The notes beneath the pieces are model-generated. The model did not search any database and had not been told where the DNA came from. It saw only the letters and a program-made list of their open reading frames with translations. From Jimgerdemannia flammicorona (lineage: Eukaryota), in contig RBNJ01000126.1 of NCBI GenBank assembly GCA_003990765.1, forward strand, positions 1 to 40,156: DNA of 40,156 nucleotides. Direction: 5' to 3'. The translations under genes and the position numbers were made by a program. The first letter of the stretch is position 1. Each line of letters begins with the position of its first letter. This document shows, piece by piece, positions 1 to 11,940 of the stretch.

Positions 1-19
1 AAAAAAAAAAAAAAAAAAA
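1..19 (+). repeat. poly(A) tract, probably the tail of a non-LTR retroelement inserted in the Gypsy-A gag/pro region
   Basis: 19 A followed directly by tgctacctttggacag, which matches uninterrupted Gypsy-A copy 2 (minus strand, ~15800-15825). Confidence 0.55.
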
Positions 20-3000
20 TGCTACCTTTGGACAGCTAGTCGAAGTCTCTGCCTTCAGACAGCAGTTGAGAGTAGGACTTGCAACTACTGCCAAGAATCA
101 AGAGTACAAGATTGTAGAAGCTTACAATACACAGGAAGAATCTGAAAACTCAGATGAAGAATCTGAAGACCAGTGCAAGATATCAGCCTATACCCCATAT
201 CAGATTGAAGACTGTATCTTTGATACCATCATTGATACCAGTGTTGGAGAATGTCTTATGAGTAAGAAGACAATTGACTGCCTAGGCTGGGACATTGAAA
301 AGTCCACCAAGATAGTCTATATCACAGCAGATGGTACATGAGCTACCCCCCCTTGGCAAAATCCAAAAAGTCCCCATCAAGATAGGAGGAGCTACCATCC
401 CAGTAGATATGATTGTTACAAGCACCACCAACTATGACATCCTCATTGGCAACCAATGGCTTTACAAGGCCAAGGCCATCATTGATCTCAATGCCCAGAA
501 GATATAGATCAACTATAAAGAAAGAAAGGTATGAGTCTCTATCAATGTTCACAAAGAAGTCCTATCAGACATGGAAGAAGGAGATGAAGAAGACACAGAG
601 GTCTTCATATACTTGGTGAACAAGAACAAGAACAAGATATCCAAGCTCACAGATGAGCAGTGGTACAATAAGATCATCGATGGCTATGCTCCTCAAGGAA
701 GATGCCCCCATGGTACTAGGATGTACTGCTCTGAACACCTGAATAACTGCTGGTCCTATATCAGTAAAGTCAGGAAAATCTGCTAACAGAAACACAAGCA
801 AGAAGCCACTGAAGCAAAAAGAAAAGTTGAAGAAGATGACCAGCCCCCAGAGCTTCAAGCTGACAGTGATGATGAGGAGGAACAAGAATCAGACATTACC
901 CTCAAGGTCAAGAAGTTTCATCTTGAAGCCAAGATTCCAGAATATAAGACTGAAGGAGTCATAGGAATGGATCTTGCCAGCATTCAAGATACTACCCTTG
1001 AACCACAGACCATCACCCTACTTAGCACTAGAATTGGAGTCAAGTTACCAGAGAACTATGCTGGAATTATCAAGACTAGGAGTAGTCTGGCCAAAAGTGA
1101 AATCTCAGTTGAAGGAGGAGTAATTGACCCTGATTATACTGGCGAGATCTTTCTCATAGTTAGGAATTACAACCCTACTACCCCATTCGAAGTCAAGAAG
1201 CATGACAGGATTAGCCAGATGCTGATCCATGAAATCAAGAAGCCCAAGATTATAGAAGCCATCGAACTCATCAAGACTAAGAGAGGAGAACAAGGCTTTG
1301 GATCTACTGGAAGAGGAGCCTATGCTACCATCAAGATTACCAAACTCAAGCACAAGAAAGACAAGGACCAAAACAAGCATATATATACCATTAGAGAAAA
1401 CTTTCCTCTAGAAGAACAACTTCTCAAGATCCTGCATCAGAACAAAGAAGTACTTGCTATAGACTTTAGGAATATCCACAATCAAGAACTCAGGTACTAT
1501 TACAAAGTTGATACTAGTGATACCAAGCCCATCTACCAGAAAGCCAGACCTATACCACCTGTCTACAGAGAATGGCTGTAAGCAGAACTCAAGGAAATAG
1601 AAGAAGCTGGAATCATCAAGCAAGCTATCAGCCCCTGGACCTCACCCATTGTCCTTGCCCCAAAGAAAGGAAGTAAGCCTGGAGAGTTTGTGCCAAGACT
1701 CTATATTGACTACAGGAAGCTCAATGCCATCACCAAGAAGGATAGACAGCCCTTGCCAAATATTCAAGAAATCCTTACTATTCTTGGAAGCAAAGCCAAA
1801 TACTACACCACTTTGGATCTATTCTCAGACTTCCATCAGATTGGTCTCACTCAAGATGCCAGTGAGAAATCAGCCTACATCACACCTGACACCACCTATA
1901 TCTACCTGCAAATGCCATTTGGAATATACAATGCCCCAGCAAGTTTTCAGCAAATGATGAATAGAGTCTTTGGCAATGAGATTGGAAAATAGCTCTTTAT
2001 CTATGTTGATGATGTGATCATCTTCAGCAACACTATATGGGAATATGTCAATCACATACAACTAACCCTCAAGAAGCTTAAGGAGCATGGCCTCTACATC
2101 AAGCCCAAGAAATGTAAGTTTGCAGCTTAAGAAATCACCTATCTAGGATACCTCATCAATCAGACCGGAATCCACACAGACTCCATGAAGATTGAGACTG
2201 TTGTAGCCTACCCAAGACCCAGAACAACCACAGAAGTCCATGCCTTCCTTGGACTGGCCAGCTACTACAGAAGGTTCATTAAAGGATACTCTAACATTAC
2301 AGCACCTATCTATGAGCTACTGAAGAAGGAGACCAAATTTGAATGGACCAAGGAGTACTAAGAAATCTTCAATGAACTCAAGACCAGGTTGACCCAAGCA
2401 TCTATTCTCAGAAGACCAGATTGGAATCTAGAATTCATCCTGCAGACAGATACAAGTACTATAGGACTTGGAGCAGTCCTAGCTCAGAAGAAAGATAGAT
2501 ATGAATATGTCATCTCCTATGTAAGCTGAGGTACTCATAAAGTAGAACAGAACTATGAGTTATGTAAGCTTGAATGCTTAGCAGTAGTTTGGGCAGTAGA
2601 CAAGTTCTACTACTACCTAGCTGGGAAACACTTTACTATTCAAACAGACCATTCTGCTCTTGCCTGGCTATTCCACACTCTGAACCCCAAAGGAATATAT
2701 ACCAGATAGATCTACAGGTTGCAAGAGTATGACTGTACTGTCAAGCACTGCTCAGAAAGAACCAATACCAATACCAATACACTCTCAAGAATATCCTGAA
2801 ACACCCCTATCAAGACTATTTAACATGAATAAGGAGCTATACTATGGATTAATCAGCCACCTTGAGCAGCAGAAGATGCTCAACCACCTTGAACCCTGGA
2901 CAATCACCATCATCAACTGGACTTGGAAACAGTTTGAACTAGACAACACTATACTCAGAAAAGGAGGAAAGCTAGTAATACCTAAATATAAGAAGTATCA

Positions 3001-4072
3001 AGTAATGAAGGAAGTACACAAGCAAGGATATCTAGGAGGAACCAATACATACAACAAGGCAAGAAGAACTATATGGTGGCCCAAGATGGAAGAAGACCTG
3101 TACCAATTTGTCAAAGAGTGTAATAAGTGCCAAAAACAGAAACAAGATCAGTAAGACTAGGCACTTGGGTCATCAAGAATTGAGCCTATCCTCTTCCACC
3201 ACATTGCAATAGATATCATTGGACCACTACCAGTAACACTACCAGGAAACTGCTATATTATAGTTATTGTAGACCTCTTCACCAAATAGATAGAGGCAGG
3301 AGCATTACAAGAAGCCAATATCCTCTCTATAGCTGACTTCCTGCATCGAGAAATCATCTGCCACTACAAGACACTAAAGCAAATCACAACAGACCACGGT
3401 ACAGAATTTTTCAATAGATTACATGAGATAATGTATCAGAAATACAAGATCCAGCACATCAAGACCACCATGTACCACCCTTAAGGAAATGGACAGATAG
3501 AGAGAACCAATAAGACCCTCAAGAATATCCTAGTGAAGATCTCAGAGACATATGAGAATTGGGATAACTATCTCTCAACCACCCTCTCTGTCCTACAAGA
3601 CATATAGTCACAGAGTACACACTTCACCCCAAGGGAGCTGCTCTTCGGAGAAGAAGATTCTAATAGAACCTCAGCCACAAATATAGACCTAACTTAGAGA
3701 CAGATTGATGCAGAAATCTGGAGACTACACCAAATCAGGAAGAAGGCTGAAGATTACATCACCAAGTCACAAGCACTGATAAGGAAAAATGTGGAAAAGA
3801 ATCACAAGACCCTAGAATCCATTCGAATTGAAGAGAAGGTTCTACTATATCGAAATATGGTAGAAGCCTCATGGTCATGAAAACTGGAGCCCAAATGGGA
3901 AGGACCCTTCTACATGTAAGATATCAAGAGAACTACATTCTAGCTTAGAAAGATCTTAGGGACCATACTACCTACCATAGTACACAGAAACAGACTCAAG
4001 AAGTATCATAAACCTATATAAGAGAAGCAAAACATGATGACCACCCATAAGGTTCTAGTCTGTAAATCATAA
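20..4072 (+). pseudogene. pol: Gypsy pol polyprotein (PR-dUTPase-RT-RH-IN), inactivated by many premature stops
   Basis: ORF fragments 66-341, 571-786, 967-1581, 1690-1992 and 2729-3154 carry the motifs in Gypsy order; C-terminus HRNRLKKY...VCKS* ends at 4072. Confidence 0.93.
901..1314 (+). pseudogene. dut: trimeric dUTPase domain within pol, between PR and RT
   Basis: Motifs GMDL, TRSSLA, GGVIDPDYTGEI, DRISQ, RGEQGFGSTG. Confidence 0.93.
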
Positions 4073-4375
4073 CAGCATGTCCCATAACTAGCAGGCCATC
4101 TGTCTGGACCATTCTTTAAGAGATACAGCACTGGCAACTACTTATCCATGAGACTTTCGAAGTCAGAGGAGTTCAAACTATCAACTGATTGGTCAAGATC
4201 AGAATCAGGCCCTTGCTCTATATGAAGGGAGTGACCCTTTACCATCATACCAAAATACAAAGAGAAGATGCCAGCCTATAAACACTACTTTTTGACCCCT
4301 TGCCAGAGGTTATGGGATCAGCAAATTTTTCAGGGCTGGACCAATGAATAAGAATATTCGAGAAGATTCTTATTC

Positions 4376-4385
4376 AGGAGGAAGA
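4376..4385 (+). promoter_or_regulatory. polypurine tract
   Basis: aggaggaaga immediately 5' of the TGTAACA LTR start. Confidence 0.75.
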
Positions 4386-5964
4386 TGTAACAGTGACCTC
4401 AGAATAATGACATCAGCACAGGAGACAGTCTTTCCTTACAAGCCACCAGATTGGAGTACAAGAAGATCATATGGCATACAAGATGAGCAATAATGACCAA
4501 CTGTGAGTCATTGTGACCACAGTATGGTATCTTGAGGAATATAAAAGAAGGATCAAGGAACTACAGTAGCAGCAACCAACAAGACCCATCAATCCCAAAA
4601 TAGCTCAAAGACTTACTATAAACAAAATGCCTGCTGCCCATCAAACCTCAAGATCAAGGAACCACCAAGACACCTTAGTCAAAGAAAGGATGTTCCAAGA
4701 CATCAGAAGAGCCATGAGGACCTGCACAAGAAGAACTCCTAGTATCAACCTGGGTACTGGTGACCCTTATCACTATATCCTCTACCACTGTGAAATGGAA
4801 ACAAGGATCACCATTGCTACTGAATACCTCCAAATGTGGCAGAAATATGAAATAGGAAACCTTCTCTACTAGGAGTTCCCCCAGGCCAGCACTTAAGAGC
4901 TACAAGATATCATTTCTATGGATGTATATGAAATGAGGACAGCTAAGAAGATCCATCAGATCTTCAGATATGCACCATGGTTGATCCCCAACTTGGAGTA
5001 TATTAGAGTCTCAGATTTCAGAGACCTATCATCCTGCCATATCAATGTACTAGAAGCCAGGGTGGCTACAGAAGTCCAGTTCACTATCACTCTCAATAGT
5101 GATGAAGTAGAAGACTTCTGGCATCCTATCCTTCAGGATAACCCAGACCAATTCCTGTAAGGATTGATCTCAGTATTCTAAGACCCAAGCATCCAAGTTA
5201 GACCTCTCCAAGATTCCACATTTGTTCTCTATTTTATAGAAGAGAACTTCATAGATTAGAGAGCTCCAGATCTCCTTATTTCTGCTGCTGCCGAATATGA
5301 TGATGTCATCAGCAATAATGTCATCCTGCATGACTTTGACATATGTGAAATATGTGACCTATAAAACCTTGATGAAATGTTCACAGATCTCATCTCCTTT
5401 GAAGATATCCTGACCTCTGATGATGAGAATGAAGCTCCCATGATCCTGAATTTTCTGCTCTAAGTTCCTTGTTACACTGAATAATACCAGCACTGGCATT
5501 CTGAGGTGATACAAAATTGTTCCAGTACTGGCATTTGATGTAACACTGAATAATACTAGTACTGGTATTCTGATGTAACACCAAATTATATCAGTATCCT
5601 GAACCTATACAACCATCAGTACTGACCTTAGAACTTAGTAGTTTTTCCTATCCTGGCATCTTATTTTAGTTATTGGAATTTATATTTAGCTTTATATCTT
5701 AGCAACTATTGAATTATATTTTGTATAAATACCCCTCTTATTTCCTCTGAAATAAAGTCAGTTCCTCTCAGTACAATATACATACTTCCTTGCAAGCAAT
5801 CTAAGAGATAACAAGACAGTTTAAAGATAAGAAGTTTGAGAACTATAAGACCTTGGGAAGGTACTCCAATAAGAACTTGCTTATAACAAACTTGAGTTAG
5901 TCTAAGAGATATACCTTGAAGAGAATCTGGTATATTTGAAGAACTCAGCAATCACTATGTAACA
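4386..5964 (+). repeat. 3' LTR of Gypsy-A copy 1 (~1.58 kb, TG...CA)
   Basis: Starts tgtaacagtgacc after the PPT and ends cactatgtaaca. Homology to copy 2 starts and stops at the same points (26023 and 17155, minus strand). TATA-like gtataaatacc at ~5723; tandem ~30/59-bp repeats at 5470-5600. Confidence 0.88.
4627..5463 (+). pseudogene. LTR-encoded accessory ORF of unknown function (N-terminus may extend upstream)
   Basis: ORFs 4627-4872 and 4918-5160 and the continuation to 5463 share one frame. Homologous segments lie in the copy-2 LTR, which has CAA where this copy has TAA at ~4894. Confidence 0.75.
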
Positions 5965-6026
5965 ATAGTTAATAAAAAAAAAGTGGCTCAAAATCTCTGA
6001 ATTATATAGTTAGATAATAATCTGTT

Positions 6027-7152
6027 CTTTTTATTTTTTATTTTTATTATAGTTACTTGGACTTCTACTTTATTATCAACCAGTCTATGATATACTAATA
6101 CAGATGTATCCACCCCTCACCCAATCTTACAAAGAGCCTCCCCCCCCCTCTTCTCTTCAGAACATCACCATCTCCCTGATCATTCCAATCCTCCCCCCAC
6201 TCAGTCTACAAATCTTCTCCACAAGTCTTCTATAGAGCTCTCCTTTAGAGCTCCACCCCCACAACTAGTCATTTAAAAGATCCAGCACCAACTATTCCTA
6301 TCTTGTAATCTACAATCTAAGTACTAACTGCTGACTATCTTCAAATACATATAGCTAATATCTGGCAAGCTCAACCCAAATAGCCAGAGTCTACTTAAGA
6401 GTTAACCACTCATCACTAACTCCTTCCATCAACTTCTTTCAAAGATCACCCTACCTCTCATCCCCCCCCCTCTCACCTAGATGAGCATACTCTCATCTGA
6501 CCCTCAATAGTCCTCTAAAAGTCTTTTATAACTTCACACTCTCCCAATTAATACTCAGAGGTCTATACTATACCACTTTCTTACTTGATGTTAAGGTACT
6601 CCTTATACTCCAAAATACTCCCTTTTACCAAATATCCTAACTAATAGTTCAATATTACATTGTACTACAATAGTCTCCACTATACCACCCAGAACTTAGG
6701 GGAAATTCATCTCACCACCTGCTTACTCTAAGACCAAATACTATTTTAGTTCCACTCTTTACCTATCTCCACCTTCTGTTAAGTCTTAGACCACAAATCT
6801 CTTCTATACTTCTAAAGACATTCTATACTATCCTCTAAACTGAAATTATTCACTAATATATCTTCTAATAGAAGATAATTCTATCTCTATATCTGGGGTC
6901 TCCAGTCTATCTCCCTCTCATCATTCTATTATTAGAGATCAATTTGCCAAGCTCCATCAGCTACTCTCTATCAGAATCCCCAAAGTATATCTTCTGACTC
7001 CTCTTCAGTACTACCAGAGAGAGCAAATTATTAGATATACTACAGGGAGAGAAATATATCTCCTATATTCTCTACATAAGAAGTACCCCTCCTGGCCCCT
7101 CAGCCTCTAAAATCTGCTGAGCTACTTTTTATAACCTAGCCACCAAAATCTT
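6027..7152 (-). mobile_element. L1/Tx1-like LINE 3' fragment with internal deletion
   Basis: T-rich tail at 6027-6049, family 3' motif (atagttacttggact), decayed ORF2 C-terminus and RT piece KILVARL. Confidence 0.75.
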
Positions 7153-9822
7153 TATAACTAACTTATTATAAGTATACAACTCCTAAGCCACTGAAATTAT
7201 ATATCACTTTCTAAATAAATCTAGAAATTATATATAAGATTACAAAGCTGAGTCAACTTAAAGTTATAGAATATAAGATTTATATAAATGGAACCTTATC
7301 AATCAGAACTAAATACATATATACTGAGTACTTAGATATATTGAAATAGAGAACTACAATAAATAAAATAAATAATCACAACTCTTGAACATATATACAA
7401 CCATAACCACTGAGATCTACAACTATATCTATACTGATATTTGGAATACTATTATTAACTAAGCTCCACTCTCTCTACTCCTCATGAATATCTATAGCTT
7501 AGTACCTCTTTACTTTATAGAAGTCCAATAGAATACTCTGAACATGCTTAATGAAGTCTACCAAATTAGACAAATCTCAAGTTACTATCAGATCAGCTAT
7601 CTCCTAAAAGATATGGTCAAATATCACTATGATATAGACATTACTCAGATATCTCAATACTAGAAACTTATCATCTGCAAATACTAAGAACTCTTTTATG
7701 AATATAGTACCTTTATTCTCTATCTTTAAGTTACTACTACTGAAATAGTTATCACTCTATCCTATAGCCAAATTGATAATATAGTATAAGAACTCAATCA
7801 CAAGTATATTGAGTATATTCAAACTATAGACAGAACCTTCCTATATCCTAATGACCATATCCTACAAATGCTCCAAGTTGGATATACCATGAAGAATATC
7901 TATGATATAATTCAGTTTGATAATAATGAAGCAGAAGATAATGATCTCTCTGATACTAATATGATCTTCAGATAAGAATTCTTACTAGTTCTGATTATTC
8001 CACCAATCTTGCTGATGAACTTACAACAGTTCATAACTATCTATGAGACCTATTGGGATAATATAAGTGTACAATCTTCAAGCTACTGAAATTACACATT
8101 ACTCTCTGAATAAATCTGAAAATTATATACAAGATTATAAAGTTGAGTCAAACCAAAGTTACAGAGTACAAAGCTGAGTCAACTTGAAGTTACAGAATAC
8201 AAGATTTACATAAATAGAACCTTACTAATCAGAACTAAATATATATATATCAAGTATTAAGATGTATCAAAACAGAGAACTACAACAAATTAAACAAATA
8301 ATCCCAACTCTTAAATATATATACAAATATGACCACCAAGATCTACAACCACATCTGTACTAACATTTTGAATACTATTATCAACTGAGCCATACTCTCT
8401 CTGCTCCTCATAAATATCCATAGCCTGGTACCTCTCTATTTTGTAGAAGCCTGATAGAACACCCTGAACATACTCAGTGAAGCCCACTAAATTGAACAAA
8501 TCTCAAACTACTATTAGATTGGCTGCTTTCTAGAAGATATAGTTGAATATTACTATAATATAGACATTACCCAGATATCTCAATACTAGAAATTCATTAT
8601 TTATAAGTACTAAGAACTCTTTTATAAATATAGCACTATTATTCTCCATCTCTAAGTTACTACTACTGAAATAGTTACCACTCTATCTTATAGCCAAATC
8701 GATGATACATATGATATAAGAACTCAACTACAAGTATATCAAGTATGTTCAAACTATAGATAGAACCTTTCCATACTTTGATGACTATATCCTGCAAATA
8801 CCTCAAGTTGGATATATTATAAAGGATATCTATAATATAATTCAGTTTGATAATAATGAAGTAAAAGATAATGATCTATCTAATACTGACATGATCTCCA
8901 GCCAAGGATCTCTACCAGTTCTGATCACCCTACCAACCTTGCTAATAAACTTATAACAGTTTATAACTATCTATGAGATCTATTAGAATAATGATTACTG
9001 ATATGAGTACCAACCTACATTTACTCTCAATTACTTCAACTATAATGAAGAGACTGGAGAACACAATCTATACCTTCAGACAACTCTTGAGATTGAACTA
9101 ACAACTTTACTACCTAAGTATAAATAATACAAATAATAGCTACCAGCTTACTACAATCCAGTAATACATAGTGCCATAATCTATAGAAGATATACAGACA
9201 GTAAATCTGATAAAAGTAAAGATAATATACCTCTCTTTTACCCACCAACTCTATATCTAATATATGAGACAGATGATACTATCCTGTAGGATAGTAATGA
9301 GGTTCCAATATATTATTATCTGAGTGAATAGAGAGAAGTAATCTGAGAACTGCTCTTTTTAGATAACTACTTCATTAGAGATAATGTCATTGATGGTAAT
9401 GTCATTAAAGACTACCCAGATAGCATCTAAATCTATAGATAGCTTAGCAGTCATTAATATAGTTAAATTAGCCTTATATAATATAATTATATACTAACTC
9501 AGTAGTCAGACAATCTCTTAATATATCAGTTTACAATTATACTATATAACTGCACTCCAACTCAGCAAAATACTAAGTGCTATATCTATATTTAATATAG
9601 TCCAGATAGCCTCCTATTAGTATAAATACCCTCTCTCCCAAATCTTAGAATCTCAGACAGAAACAATTAAAACACAACTTCTGAGCATTTTTCCATAATA
9701 TTTCTTCACAACTACTCCTAGTATAGCAATATCATGAATAGTGAATAAACTTATTTAATAACCTACAAACCACTCTTAAGTAAATCTATATCTTATTAGA
9801 TTCCACTCTTAACTATATTACA
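7153..9822 (+). repeat. long LTR of Gypsy family B containing an accessory ORF relic and an ~0.9 kb tandem duplication
   Basis: Begins tataac (mutated tgtaac) and ends tattaca; TATA gtataaataccctctc at ~9620 is nearly identical to the family-A LTR TATA; followed by a leader and gag-like sequence. No second copy to confirm the ends. Confidence 0.6.
7167..8991 (+). repeat. tandem duplication, units 7167-8061 and 8062-8991
   Basis: Both units start tataagtRtacaa...ctgaaatta and end ctatgagaYctattRgRataa; differences are mostly transitions. Confidence 0.9.
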
Positions 9823-11325
9823 AAATTTCCTAATTGGGTATTGTCTATAGTGATACACTAATTCAACTAAGCTAGTCTTAGTTTCTTGAACTTCCTGAAA
9901 TATGGAAAATCCTGAATATTCAGAACTAGTCCAAATAAGGACTTTGGTTGAGACATCAACCCAATCTTAAAATCAATAAGTATAGAGGACATACTCTATA
10001 TAAAATTGATCTTAACCTTAAAGAAAATAGTCTTTCTGAATATCCAGAACTTCCAAAAAACCCTTTCAGAACTATATAATAGTTACTCTAACAAGTAACC
10101 CTCTTACAACTTGATAGCAGTAGTTTATAATCTAATTCCACTTCAAGATGCTTCCTCACTCTACTATAAATCTCTATGAGAATTCTTACAAGTTAGTATA
10201 AAGCCCAACCTCTGAACTAGAATTTATCCTGAACCATCTAACAATCTGGAGAGAATTGAATCTAATATATAAGAACAATTTGATCTCTATACTTATAATA
10301 AGTGGGACAGACTATAAAAAGAAGTACTCCAATTAAATCAGCAGATAGATGAAACTCTATATATTGAACTCTTTACTTTACACCCTGCAAGTTAAGATGA
10401 AGAAGGTCTTATAGAAGTCTTCTTTACTCTTTGCAATAAGAGTTTTATTAGCTCTACAAACACAAATAACCTAGAACAACTAGAAGCTATCTTTCTAGTC
10501 TTAGTTCCTCACAAAGCCTAAGTCTCTATAGCTAAGTGGCTCAACTCTATCAACTTTCACCATATCAGAACCAAGACTGCCTTATACTATTGCTTCCAGA
10601 ATTACAAAGCCCACTATATTCTTAAAGAAGAAGCAAGAGAAACTCTTTATTAACAACCTGACCCCAAATCAGAAACAGGTTTAGCTACCTAAAACTGTAA
10701 CTAATACTGAACCAGATTAGACTCTTGAACTAAGCCCATCTGAAATCTGATATACTACTGATACTATTTACTTTGATACTAAGTAAACTCAACTATATGG
10801 GAATCAAAGCCAAGAGGAGGAGAAGTATCTCAGTGAATTCAATTCTGAATATACTACTGAAAGAGATATATCTCTATCAGGACAGAACATACCTATATAG
10901 TAACAGACAGCTATCTATTGAGCCCTTACTCTAGACCTACAATAATTACTCCAGCAACTTATATAGACTCAAAAAACACCATTATACTCTATACCAGTAT
11001 CTCAAGTTATATCAGTAATACTATTACCAGTAGTTTAACCACCTTTAGTAAACAACATGGCAAACCAATAGATTCTAGATCTCACAGCCCAGGTAGCTAT
11101 AATGATAGCAATTATTCTTAGCTGAACAGACCTGAATAATAAAAAGTCTGAGTCTACCTATCTTCAATGATACTATATAAGAAGTTCAAAGCTTCATTAA
11201 TATAGTAGATACTAATTTCAAAGCCAACCAATAGACCAATGAATGAGTTGCTGACTGCCTTCTAACAAACAATCAAGACCATATACTGGAACAACTCTTT
11301 GCTACTACTACAGTCTATATCCATC
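9823..11325 (+). mobile_element. Gypsy-B internal 5' region: upstream coding relic and gag N-terminus (ATG 11057), truncated
   Basis: MANQ*ILDLTAQVA...VQSFINIVDTNFKANQ*TNE resembles a retrotransposon gag N-terminus; follows the putative LTR. Confidence 0.55.
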
Positions 11326-11371
11326 AAGTTGTTATATTCTTTTGAGGACTTGCCAAAGAATAGTGGTGAAC

Positions 11372-11398
11372 TTTTTTTTTTTTTTTTTTTTTTTTTTT

Positions 11399-11433
<35 letters not shown>

Positions 11434-11940
11434 GTCACTTAGACTCTGCCATTTATTACCCATCTATTAATAATTTTACAGTTCACCCTCCCACTACCCG
11501 ATCCCCATAGGAGTGCTACTCCCTCTACCTACATAAACAAAGACCACTTTCTCACCCACAACATCAACCCTCCCCCCACTCTGCCTATAGATTTGTTCTA
11601 CCAAACAATGTCTTTAACCCCCCTTCAACCCCCAACCAAGCCACCAGCCCATCAAGGTGTCTTCCATAAGGCTATGCCACCTCAGCAGCCTGACCTCAGA
11701 GCCAAGTTTCCTCCCATCCTCAAAAACAAATAACCAGTGATTGGCCAGCCCTATCCAAATGGCCAAAGTCCAACCTAATATCAGCCATTCCTTCCCCACC
11801 CCCCCCTCCAGTCTGTTCCTTAAATCCTTCCATTACCTCTGCATGTTAGCTTCCCTACACACTACTCCCAGATGATCTCCAATGTTCTGCCAAAAGGTAC
11901 TAAGTACCTCACACTCTCCTAGCCAATGTTTAGGCATCTG
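11372..11940 (-). mobile_element. L1/Tx1-like LINE 3' fragment with 59-nt poly(A) tail
   Basis: poly(T) 11372-11430, conserved 3' motif, ORF 11614-11799 similar to the C-terminus of the LINE at 39800-40000. Confidence 0.85.

Larger units (their letters stand above)
20..5964 (+). mobile_element. Ty3/Gypsy LTR retrotransposon family A, copy 1 (5' part outside the window or interrupted)
   Basis: PR (IIDTS, a decayed DTG), dUTPase, RT (PRLYIDYRKLN, MPFGIYNAP, YVDD), RNase H (LQTDTS), integrase (IDIIGPLP, ITTDHGTEF, GPY/F tail WEGPFY), PPT and 3' LTR. Confidence 0.95.

Noticed and set aside
4012-4410. Extension of the accessory ORF upstream across the PPT to the end of pol
   Set aside because: In frame but with about 8 stops in ~130 codons, and any stop is one C>T from a sense codon; no second copy covers it, so it is unsupported
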